From NCBI RefSeq assembly GCF_009914755.1, contig NC_060930.1: DNA of 64,000 bases. One strand, written 5' to 3'. The position numbers were made by a program, and so were the translations under genes. The notes beneath the pieces were generated by a model. That model saw only the letters and a program-made list of their open reading frames with translations, ran no database searches and was not told where the DNA came from. Positions 1-58,600 of the stretch are shown here, piece after piece (positions within the stretch are counted from its first letter, which is position 1; the number at the start of each line of letters is the position of its first letter). The DNA comes from the human T2T-CHM13v2.0 reference genome, Homo sapiens.

Positions 1-933
1 CTCCTTTCCCAGGAAAATCTACTTTCAGGGAAAATGGATTATTCACACTAAGAAATGCTACTAGCTCCACCAGAACTCATTCAGGGTGTAGCTTTGGCCC
101 TCACCATTCTCTCTCAAGCCTCTAGCTGTTTCTTCCCCTTCCTCTTTCCTCCCTCCACCAGACATGTTACTCTCTTCACCCCATCCAATGGTTCCATCCC
201 CACCACCCTTGAGCTACAGAGAATCTCTCTCACCCACTCCCATCCTGTGATCTCTGTGCCTCAACACTGCTGGCTACTCCCTCTTTCTCAAAGTGTGTGT
301 CCTTTTGCTTCAGTGGCCCAGGCCCCTGCGGTGCTGCTCCCAGCCCTCCGACCCCTCCTCCTGTCTCCTTTGCTAACGTTAGGCTCAACGTTAGCCTAAC
401 ATGTCAGGACAGCTGGGGACATGTGGGGTGTGAGGTGAACAGTCCTGTTTCCTAACATAGTCCCAGAGTACTCCTCAAACTGAGTCCTGGGTCGTTTTTT
501 TTTCTCTGAAATCAGAGTCTCCCTGATGATCCTATTGTTTGGCAGCCACCCTGTGATGTGGATGACTTAATCTATGTTTTCCTTCCTTACCTCACACCTG
601 AGTTCCAGATCCCTGATTTCGAATACTTATGAAACTCACTCTACTCCATCTCAAAATGAACAAGCCCCATGAGACACTCATCTTCCTCACCAATCTCACT
701 CCAGCTCCCACTTTCTTCCCTGTTCCAGTCACTGCTTTGGAAGCTGTTTTCAATCCTTTTCTCTCCTTTCTTTACCTCTAACTGACAGAGGATCTGAAAT
801 TTTCCTTCCCATTCCCATAGCCTCCGCACACACTCTGACCTCGATCATCTCTAGGAAACCCAAGGATGTGTGGGGGAACCAAAAGGAATGGCCTGTGGGG
901 GAAAGGATGGGAAAGGAAGAATCCCATTCTTAC

Positions 934-5651
<4,718 letters not shown>

Positions 5652-6089
5652 GGTGGCTCCTAGTTCAGGGGCAGGGCCCAAGACATCTTTCTCCACTGTT
5701 ACCACCCGGGGTTCACACGCCGTCCACACTGTACCCAACCCCACCCCTTCAGGTCTGCCTACTCTTGTCTTTGGCTTTCCCTACCCCTTGCTTAAACCAG
5801 GCTGCTGTCCAAGCTCCCGCTGGTCGGGATCATCCAGCATTCCCTCCTGTCTCCAGGGATCACAGACACCAGCACCTTTAGGTACCATGTGGTTCAAGGA
5901 GGGACAAATATCCACTCCGTCGGAAAGACGATGGCACCCGACCCCCCTACCCTCGCTAGGGTAAGGACAACCGCGGGGTTTGAACGGCAGAGAAGGCGGT
6001 GGAGCCAGCGTAGCGCCCGCAGAGCAACGCAAAGAGGAAGAACAGAGAAACGGCTATGAGAAAAAGGGCCGAAGAGTGAGAAGCAGAGG

Positions 6090-6397
6090 GCCTTACCCGA
6101 GGGGGCGGCAACCGGGGGCCCCACGGTCTCCGGCCGCGCCCGCGCTGGCCGCTGATAGCGGGCTCACAACGATGACGTAGCGAGGAGCGGAAAACGCGGT
6201 AACCAAGGCGGCCCCAGGCGCGCACTTCCGCCCGGCCTTCCACCGGTCCAGGTCTGCCCCTCCGCAGCGATAGTTCACGCTCTCGGCGGGGCTGTACCGG
6301 AAGTTGCCTCTACTTCCGCCCGTTCCGGGGCGGGGCTTACTTCGCAGCGACTACTTGCCGCACTTCCGGGCTGCCAGGCAGCTGCTGTGGCTCCAGG

Positions 6398-6400
<3 letters not shown>
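6090..6400. promoter_or_regulatory. CpG-rich bidirectional promoter of NELFE and SKIC2
   Basis: Head-to-head genes. NELFE exon-1 donor at about 6096 and SKIC2 ATG at 6398. Repeated ETS/GABP motifs (ACTTCCG or CCGGAAGT at about 6224, 6297, 6312 and 6362), GC boxes and a CRE-like TGACGTAG at 6173. Confidence 0.85.
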
Positions 6401-16920
<10,520 letters not shown>

Positions 16921-17034
16921 ATGCCCCATGTAAAAACATGATGATAAAACAGCAAAGCACTGTTGTGTGCTTGAGTTGCTGGACAGGGATGACTCAGCTA
17001 AGAAGACAGCGAGAGAACCTCTTAGAAATATGCT

Positions 17035-17040
17035 TTTATT
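17035..17040 (-). terminator. DXO polyadenylation signal AATAAA
   Basis: TTTATT on the plus strand, about 40 nt past the DXO stop codon. Confidence 0.75.
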
Positions 17041-17081
17041 ATCTGCACACAGAGATATGACTGCCTCCCTCTAAAGCATTA

Positions 17082-18880
17082 CTATTTGGGAGAGGGAGTC
17101 TTGGGGGGTGATGGGAGGTCCTGAGTCATAGCTTCCACATACCATATGGGCAGGAAGGCGTAAGGTGCATCTTGGTGTACAGACACGGTGACTGGGCCGC
17201 CAGGCTCCCAAGAGAAGAGATGAACGAGCCTGGGGGGCAGATGGAGGCATCAGTTGAGGGCCAGAGGCTGGATCCTGGGATCCAGAGGGGAGGGACAGAG
17301 CTGAATGCCTCACCTGGGGTCATCCTGGACAACCGTGCTCTGGGCAAAGCTAAGGAAGGCGGCACAGAAGTTCATGCACACAGAGGGATTCCAGCCGTCA
17401 CGGTCATTCTGGAGCAGGCAGAGGAGGAGGCAGAAGATGGGCAGTGGGGGTGGTGGGAGGAGAGAAGGCAGGCTGTTGCCCTGGATGCTAGACCTGTGGT
17501 CTTGGTGTTTGGGGATACGGGTGGGAGCTGCAACATCGTTCCCTTACCCTGACATATTCAAACATCTTCATGGTAGGAAAGGTCTTGAGGGAAGAGACAA
17601 AACCGTCTGGGTTACGGAAGCCAGCAACAACATTCGGGACCCCTGGGAGGAATGACTGAGCCCACCATTTCAGGAGCTTGTGTCTGACAGGAAAAGCAAG
17701 GGATCAGTGGGACCCCTCGTGCACCCTCCATTCTGCCTTCACCCTCCTCCCCAAGTCCCTTTCCCAGCCTTCAAGCCTAAGCTCTCGCCCTGCCCACCCC
17801 GATCCTGAACCTGTAGAAACTCCTCCATTGGCCAGGGCTGTGCATCTCCTTGGAGGTCTTGAGCTCCACATAGCAGGTTGGGGGCTGTGTGGATGGGGCT
17901 TGGGGGTCTGTGCAGTCTACCTCCCCTGAGAAGAGCAGAGGGTGGCTTCCCAGGCGGCTGCGTAGCACAGAGCAGAAGGCCACGTTGGTGTTAACCTCCC
18001 CAGAGGGGTCTGGGGAGCTTCCAGGTTTGTCTGCACAAGGAGAGAAGCAGCAGCAGGCGTGGGGGGCTCTCAACCTCTGGGAAGGGGAAGGGGGCTATGA
18101 AGCAGGGGCAACTCACCTGCACACATGTACTGCTCAAATTTGTATCCCATGTACATAAGCTCCCGGAGGAGCGGTGGCCGAGCAAGCCTCTGGGCCCGAG
18201 CGTTCGGTGTCTCCACTTCACTCAGGTATAGTGTTCCCTGGAACCGGGAGGCTGCCAGCTGCCAGCCCTCCTGCCGCTCATACGGTGTCGTCAGCAGTTT
18301 TGTCAGGTGCCCCCGCCACGTCACTATGGCCTCTGCCAGCCAGCCTGGACCCCTGAGAGGCAGGAGTTACAGGCTGAAGGTCTGACACAAGCATTAGTGA
18401 GATGCTCCCCTCGAAGAATAGTCTTGTTTCTTCTAAGGACTGATTCTCACCCCGGCTTTGGCTCTCCTAATTTTAGAGGGTAGGTACGGGTCTCCAGATA
18501 TACTGCCTACCACGCTTTGCTCACCCCTCCAACCGGCCTCGGTGTTCCAGGAGCCAGCACAGCAGGTGGTCCAGCCTTTCCTGGACCTCCTCGTCCCGGG
18601 GCTGGTATCGATCCGGGTATCCGTCTCTGAGGTCAAAGTTGGGGCCTGGACCGTTAGTGGGGGGTGGGCTATAGTAGCGCAGGGCTCGGGCATCTCCATG
18701 GTACTGGCGTTGAGCATCCAGGGAGAAGCAGCCCAGTTCCGAAGGGCGCCGGTAGAAAGGAAAGGGCCCAGAGTAGAGGGCAGGGTCTGTGGGCAGAGAA
18801 GGTGCTGGACGAGGTAGTTTGTTCCGAGGCTCAGCTACCTCTGTCTTCTCAGCTCCTCTCTTGGTCCCCCTGGGATCCAT
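17082..18880 (-). CDS. DXO: Decapping exoribonuclease (DOM3Z), spliced
   Basis: MDPRGTKRGAEKTEVAEPRNK start; motifs GYKFEQY, SGEVD, YVELKT and KLLKWWAQSFL; ends PKTPSPK-TAG at 17082. Confidence 0.96.
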
Positions 18881-19129
18881 GAGGTCCTAAGACAAGCAGG
18901 GGTACAGAGTTTCCATTCTACAGAGGAGGCCTGGAGAAGGATGACTGGTTTAGGACTAAGCGAGCCACCTGATCGCCAGGCTCTGGCCTTGAAACATTCA
19001 GGCCCCTCAGACGCCACCGCGGCCAAGCTCTCATCCTGCCTCTTTCCTTGCCCTTCACCCACCCTCCCTCCAGGTCCTCCAAATGCAGTGAGGTTAGGAA
19101 GGACGTCTGCGCTCAGATCAAGAATCCAG

Positions 19130-19616
19130 TTACCTCAAAGCTCCCCAACTTCCACCTCCGCAGAGCTATGACGTCATGGCAGGCACGCCAGAGGCCGAAG
19201 GATGCAAAAGTGGTTTTCTGCTTTCGATGATGCAATCATTCAGCGACAGTGGCGGGCAAACCCCTCCCGGGGCGGGGGAGGTGTGAGCTTCACGAAGGAG
19301 GTTGACACCAACGTGGCCACCGGCGCCCCTCCACGCCGCCAACGAGTCCCCGGGCGTGCGTGCCCTTGGAGGGAGCCAATCCGCGGCCGGCGTGGGGCCC
19401 GGCCTGGCGGAGGTGATGCTGGTATGTGCGTCGCCACCGCCCCTCCCAGCACTGACGGGCCTGAGGGACGACAAGTTGACGCTCCTTTCGTCATCACCTG
19501 GTCTAGGAGGGACGCCCGGGGAGACCGTACGTCACTGCTCTGCGCCGGAAGACCCTATTTTCAGGTTCTCTTCCCTCCATTCCTACCCCTTCCCCGGTAC
19601 CATAAAATCCCGGGAT

Positions 19617-19620
<4 letters not shown>
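19130..19620. promoter_or_regulatory. CpG-island bidirectional promoter of DXO and STK19
   Basis: Head-to-head genes; perfect CRE ATGACGTCAT at 19168-19177; CCAAT at about 19376; ETS motif CCGGAAG at 19545-19551. Confidence 0.8.
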
Positions 19621-28255
<8,635 letters not shown>

Positions 28256-28630
28256 AGATTCTGCTCATCATTGCTCAGCTCCTCAGAGTGGGCCGGGAGG
28301 GGACTAGAAGAGCTGCATGATGGTGGCTGAGACAGGGTCACCTTGGGAAGGCTTGGGAGCCAGGATGAGTGTCGGGCTCTCGTGTGTGCAAAAGGTCAGA
28401 TGTGACTGCTGCTGTTTGCCTGGTTTCTGACCCAGTGGTGGGGTTTGAGCAATGCTTCTCTGCCCTTCCATGGAAAGTGGAACCAGAAATGGTGCCAAGG
28501 CTGTGGCTGTTCCCTTTCGTGTAAAATGGTGCTGTTATTACTCTGTCTTGAAATAGGAAGGTGGGATTTCTGGGGAGGCTGGTGAAGGAGGGCAGGGTTC
28601 TTTTCTCTACGTGTCATGTTAAAATTGCCA

Positions 28631-28636
28631 AATAAA
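28631..28636 (+). terminator. STK19 polyadenylation signal AATAAA
   Basis: AATAAA followed by GT-rich downstream sequence; duplicated at 61369. Confidence 0.8.
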
Positions 28637-29149
28637 GTACCTCTGCCTGTGATATTTTCTGGATGTCCTTTATTTACTGTGACGTGTGTTTGGGTGCCTT
28701 GTTTAGGGGTAGAGGTGAAGTCTGAGCTTTGCCTCATTCAGAGAGGAAAGGGGTCAGGGGTTCACTCTGACGTTCAGGCCATTCTCCCTGTGGAGTGGTG
28801 AGGGTGTACCTAATCTCCTAAACCACGGAATTTCTGTTAGGGCCTAAAAAAGCAAAAGCCTAGTATAGTTCAATTTGTGTTGGAATGAAAGTAAGAGACA
28901 AGTGTCTTAGAAGCCTGTCATTGTTTTGTGAGGGCCTTTAAATATCCTGTACTCGTGGGCCATGTTGGGCCCTTGTACGCCCAGGTATACATGAGCTTGT
29001 GTGCACCTATACCCTGATACAGATATACCTGGTAGGGGGAGGTGCTCAGGCACTGGAATGAGAGGAGTTAACGGGGAAGGACAGGGTTATTTCTGGGCCA
29101 AGATTCAGAGTTTCCCATGGACACCCAGGTGTCCGGGGTGCCCCCACAA

Positions 29150-49746
<20,597 letters not shown>

Positions 49747-49850
49747 GGGCTGCCCTCCCACCTCCGCTGGGAGGAACCTGAACCTGGGAACCATGAAGCT
49801 GGAAGCACTGCTGTGTCCGCTTTCATGAACACAGCCTGGGACCAGGGCAT

Positions 49851-49856
49851 ATTAAA
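49851..49856 (+). terminator. C4A polyadenylation signal ATTAAA
   Basis: Variant hexamer about 105 nt after the stop codon, followed by GT-rich sequence. Confidence 0.8.
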
Positions 49857-52639
49857 GGCTTTTGGCAGCAAAGTGTCAGTGTTGGCAGCGAAGTGTCAGT
49901 GTGTGTTGCTAGGGCTGAGAGCAGTGCCCCTGCCCGATGCAGTTCTGGGCAGGCCAGGTTGACATAACCTTAGACTCTCTGAGCCCTGATGACCCTTGGG
50001 CTGTTCAGCTCTGCTAGAACCTCCCAGATGACCCGCTAGGAGTCTAGTGCTTCACAGGACCACCCCGAGCAGAACTGGGACCCAAGAGCCTGCACCCCAA
50101 GGACCAGAGTCCATGCCAAGACCACCCTTCAGCTTCCAAGGCCCTCCACTGCCCGGCTGTCGCCAGTCACCACGGCCTCAGACAGGGCTTGTGCTCAGCT
50201 GACACCTGTGACACAGCTCTTCTGCCTCATGAGCTGTTGTCCAGCTACACCTCCCCGACTCTGTCCTCGTGCTGCTGGCGGTTCTGAGGTCTGCAGATTT
50301 TAGCTGAGTTCCGGGCTGTTGAAAGCCTGCTGACGCTTGGTTCTGTTATCAGTGGAATGAGGTGACTTTCCCGGAGTTGTGCAATCCTCAGGTCCGGCAG
50401 TGTCTTCTTCCAGTTACTGGTTTCAAACAAGCCAAAAGTCTGACTTTGGTGTGTTTGTGAATCCTCTGAGGAAGCCGCTGTTCTCCTGGGGTCTCCCCTT
50501 CCCACCGGACCTGCCTAACTTTCCCCCATTTAGTGGCACACCTGGGGTCTTCAGAGATGACTCCGCGTCTGTCCAAAGAAGTTTGGTGAGATCAGTTTCC
50601 GTAGAGGTCATGACAGTTCAGCAGCCTGCCATCCAGTCATTCGACAGAAATTCGGGAATCTTTCACTTCATGCCATGCCCTGTGCCAGGTGCCAGAGATA
50701 CAGCTGCTCACTCCAGGGCTCATCGCTGGGGAGACAGATAAGAGGACGGGCAGTCCCCACCCTCTGTGAAAGATGTGATGTCAGGGAGCAGTGTGGTCCT
50801 GTGGGGCATCTAACCAAGTCAGGGGCATTGCCAGGCAGGGACAGGGAAGGCTTCCTGGAGCAGGTGGCCTCCAAGTGGGGCTCTGAAGACTGAGAAGGAG
50901 CCAGGCAAAGAGCAGGGGTAGATGAGGGCATCTGGGGCAGAAGGAGAATATACAAAGGCCCAGAGGCCGGGGGCAGGACAGGGTACCTTTGGGGACATTG
51001 CATGTAATTGACCACATTCGGAGTTTGGATTTGGAAGTGGTGGAAGAGATGGAGATGGTGAGACAAGTAGTAAGCACGTCAGCCTTCCAGGTGCGCTCCT
51101 TTCCGATGAGCACTGTCTTATCCCACGTAACTTTGAGAAGTTTGGGCCTTTCCCACTGTGGCAGAGGTTTCCTGAGGCTCTTGCATACATGGCCCTATGG
51201 TTGCTCATCAGATCTTTCTCCCAGTAGCTGCTCAGCATGGTGGTGGCATAAGCCCATTTTCCGGAGCCAGGGATTCAGTTGCAGCAAGACATGGCCCGGT
51301 CTGGGAGGTCAACCATGAAGAAGGCAGTAGCTGTCATTGCCCAACCCCAGAAATCCCAATCCTGTTTTCTCCCTCTCAGTCCTGATCATGGATTCAGCAG
51401 CAGCGAACTCGCCAATGTAGTGGGTGGCACAGCCAGGGTCTTGACTCTGGCTCTGCAGTAGCACAGTCTGGAAAAGCTCTGAGGGGAGAGAGACCCCCAC
51501 TGGTCCGAGGGTCTGGCACAGAGCCAGAAATGGGGGGGAAGGTATGGGGCTGGGTCGCCTCTGACCTCTCAGGTACCATCCAGGAGGCCCTGGCCTCTCA
51601 CTGAACCCGGCCACTCCTCTTTGGCATGGCCTCTTCCCAAATCCCCAAACTGCCTCCTTACTCACAAAAGTGGTCTCTGAGTGTCAGTCCAGTGGGACCC
51701 CCACCCCTTATGGCTTCAGTTCCCCAAATAGGGCTGGACCCTTGATCCTGATCCAGCTGTGGCTATCCAGCCCCTTCCTGGGGACTTTGGACTTTGAGGG
51801 GGGGCATGCCCAGTTGTGCTGGGAATCCATACTTTCCCTGGCTGGAGTAGAACCTGTGGACTGTAGTCCTGAGGGCAGTCATGTTCTGCCTGTGCCTGGA
51901 AACACAAGAAACTTGACTGCAGAGAGAAGAAAGAGGAGAGAGGAACAGAGCGAGGAAACTGCCCGTCTCCGGGGCTTTTTCTGTTCCCTATCCTTGGCTT
52001 TCTAAGACCAGTGGGGTCCCCTCCTCTGCTTCTTTTTCCTGAGTTCTGTGAAATTCCCCAATCCTTACTTTTTGTCTCAAACCAGCTCAAGGTGGGCTGT
52101 TTTCCTTTCAACCAAAGAAAGGTGCTCCTGGTGGCTAAAGGTACATATTCGACAGCTAGATTTCCAGGCTGGAATCCTGCCCTCCACAACATGCGAACAA
52201 TACCCGTGTTGCATATAGAGCATGGCTGTGAAGAGTTGAGTGAGTGCCCACAAAGCACTTAGAGCAGTGTCTGGTACATGCTATTACTCCGCAGCGGGAA
52301 ACCACTTCCTCCTTTGTCTTCTGGGCACTTTTGTGAGTGAAAGGAGGCACTAATAACAATCACACTGGGATACCTGTATATACTGGAATGCCCCAGGCAA
52401 ACCAGGCTTAAACTGTATTACTCTATCTGTAGCTTAAACTAACAGACAAACCCACACAAATCACATTTTGTTCTTCAGGCGATTCAGGAAGGCCTATTAG
52501 GCAGGGACTGCCATTTTCTCTCTGAGACAAACATCATGCCAGTAAACTGGCCCACGGTGGGGTGGCAGAGGGAGAGGGCCCAGGTCGGGGCGGACACCCT
52601 TGCCTGCACGGGTGATGTGGAACCAGAAAGCTGACTCTG

Positions 52640-55605
<2,966 letters not shown>

Positions 55606-55645
55606 TGGGGCAGGACCGATGCCAGCCGGGTACCTCAGTTTCTCC

Positions 55646-58600
55646 TTTATTGCTCCTGTACGAACCCCTCCCCTCCCCCCTGTAAACACAGTGCTGCGAG
55701 ATCGCTGGCAGAGAAGGCTTCCTCCAGCGGCTGGGTGGTGAAGGACCCTGGCTCTTCTCTCGGGGCGACCCCTCAGTGCTCGGCAGTCATACTGGGGTGC
55801 GAGAGAGGTGGGCAGCAGCTCAGCCTCCCCCCGCTGGGGAGCGAAAGTTTCTTGGTCTCAGCTTCATTTCCGTGAAGGGCACCGAGAACTCGAAGCCCTT
55901 CCAGTGGTACCAGCTCACTCCCTGGGAAAGGGGTTGTCAAGAGAGAGTCAAAGCCGGATGTCCCATCTGCTCCTCCCGTTCCCCTTAAGGAGGTGGCTCC
56001 CAGCACTCAACCAACCTCCCCGCAGAGCTCCCTTCCTGACCCTCTGCCGCAGAGGATTGAGGCTTAATCCTGAGCTGGTCCTTTCCAGCCAATAAATCAA
56101 CTCCAGCTCCCTCTGCGAGGCTGGCATGATTGTTCCATTTCACCCAGCCGCTCAGTCCCTTGCCTGTTACACTGTGGGGCTGAAACCTAGGCAGGCCGAG
56201 CCCCAGCCACCCCAGCTCTGAGCCGCCTCCCCACCCCTCACCTGATGGTCCACTGTGCTCCCGTAGAGCCCGTTGAGGTTGGCGTAGTGGCAGTTCCTGT
56301 ACCACCAGGCCCCTCGGTAGGAGACAGCGCAGGAGATGAGCAAGTTGTTGGGGTTCCGATCACGGGCAGAGAAGACACTGCCGCTGTGGTAGCTCATGGA
56401 GTCCCCTGGGCAGGGTGGAGGAAGGAGCCATGAGGGCCTCCCCTCCCAGCCTCACCCTCCCAGCCTCACAGCCTCTGCTTACCTGCGGTGCCGTGGTAGC
56501 CCTCCAAGTGGAGGCGGTAGTACTCCGCAGCCGAGTCTACGTGGAAGGAGTCGTACTGGGCGAACACAGCCTCGTCCCCAGCCCGCAGGTCCACGCGCAT
56601 GGAGTAGTCACCTGCCTGTGTCAGGCTGTGCAGGGCCTCATTGCCTGGGGGTGGGATACGTGCCCTCATCAGGGTCCTGGTGTCCACAGGGCCCCCATCC
56701 CCATCCGTAGTTCCCCAGTCCCTGTGAGGCACTGACCCAGCCAGAACTCTCCAGAGATGTTCCCAAAACCATGGGCATAGTCCTCCCAGTCCCTCCAGAA
56801 GTCTGTCTGTCCATCCATGTGGCGCTGGAACACCTGGGAAGCAAGTGGGGGCACCATCAGCCTCTGGCTCCCGGGGCAACAGCCCCTTGCCCTGCACAGA
56901 CCCCTGGGCTTCCCAATGCCACCCACCAGCCAGCCGCCCCCATCAGTCTCCATGTCCCAAAACACGTTCAGGGGCCGCTCCCGGTTGCCGTTGAGGAAGA
57001 TGGTGCTGGTCCTGGAGGCACCGGCTCCGTTCTGCATCTCCTCCCCGCAGTCCCTGGGGAAGGGGATCCGCAGCCCACCTGGGAGAGGAGAGCAGGGGCC
57101 AGTCCTTTTCCAAGCCTTAGGCCCTGGCTGCCCACCCAGCCCCCGGCCCCGGGCCCGTGCGTCCAGGTACCCGTGGTGAAAGAGGTGGACACGGGCGGCA
57201 GGAGGCTCTGGCCCCACATGGCCTGGAGCCGTGCATTGTAGGAGGTGGAGGGAAAGAGGCCAAGGAGCTGGTGAGATGTGATCCCTCCTGGGAGCAGGAT
57301 CTCCTGTGGGACAGACAAGGGGGGGTCAGGGGAGAGGGAGGTGGAGACCCTCCGGGAGGGCCAGAGGCAGCACCTCCTGGAATCACCCAGGGAGGGGAGT
57401 TGGGTCAGTGGGGCCGGGGCACCTGGGTCTGTCCACCAGGGGTGTGGAAGCTGAGCAGGTAGCCTGCGGGCCGGACTGGGGGCTCAGTCCAAGTGAGCAG
57501 GGCGGTGCGGGGGGTCACTTCCTTGGCCTCCAAGTCCCGAGGGGCCTCTAGCCCTAGGAGGGAAAGCAGGAAGAGGAGATGGGGATGAGGCCCAACCTGG
57601 CTCCCTCTACCTCCTCTCCCTGTCCCACACACCCCACAGACCCTACCTGTGGTGAAGGTGATGCTGGCTGGGGAAGTGAGGTTGGGGCCCCGCAGGCCAC
57701 GCACTGTGGCGGTGTAGTTGGTGTGGAGGACAAGGTCATGCAGGGGGTAGTCCACCGCGCTGCCTGGGGTCTCCGCCTGCAGAGGCGGGGCTGGGAGTGT
57801 AGAGAGGGGCATCAAGGCCTGCCCCCTCCATCCTCGGCCAGAGTCCAGCCTCCCCCCTGCAATCCCCACCCTGAACAAGTCCCCTCCAGAGGCCTCAGGC
57901 CTGCTCACCCCCAGGGGCTGTGACCTGGACGTCATAGGTGTCCACAGGATTCTGGGGGGGCTTCCAGTGCAGCACGGCGAATCCCTCGGTCAAGTTCAGT
58001 GCACGCAACTGTGTGGGACCGTCAGGAACTGGGGGAAGGGGAGGGGCTCAGAAGGGTCCCCGCGGCTCTCTCTACTCCGTGCCTCCCCAGACTCCACTGG
58101 CCTCCCGTCCGCAATCGGAGCCTCCACCACCTCCCTTTCACCCTCCTCGTTCTCTCTCAACTCCCACCCATGCCATTTTCTTGACTCCCACCTGGAGTTT
58201 CTGGGTCCGGGCCCGGCCGTCCACCTGCACACTCTGAGGCTCCCCTGAAAACGTTGGGGATCGAGGGTTACCCAGGGAACCCCAGGGCGGCTGGAGGGTG
58301 GGCAGAGTGCAGGGGGGAGAGGAAATGCGAGGCGATGAGCACATGGCAAAGGCACCACCTCCGTCCGCCAGCTGGTAGGAGACTTTGAAGCTGTCCGCCC
58401 GGGATGGTGGGGGCATCCAGTTGACCTTGGCTGAGGTCTCCCTGATTTCACTGAATTGGAGGTCACGGGGGCTCTCCAGAACTGCAGAGGGGTCAAGGAA
58501 CAATGACGCAGGCAGGGGCAGGGAGGCTCCTCCCTGCGAGTCCCCCCCTCGCCTCTGCTCCAGCACAGGCTCACCACCCCTTTTCCTCTAGTCCCCAGGA

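Noticed and set aside
50245-52360. 100-180 aa ORFs between C4A and CYP21A1P
   Set aside because: No recognisable domain or consistent exon structure, and partly old-repeat-like; antisense lncRNA exons may lie here but cannot be defined from sequence alone
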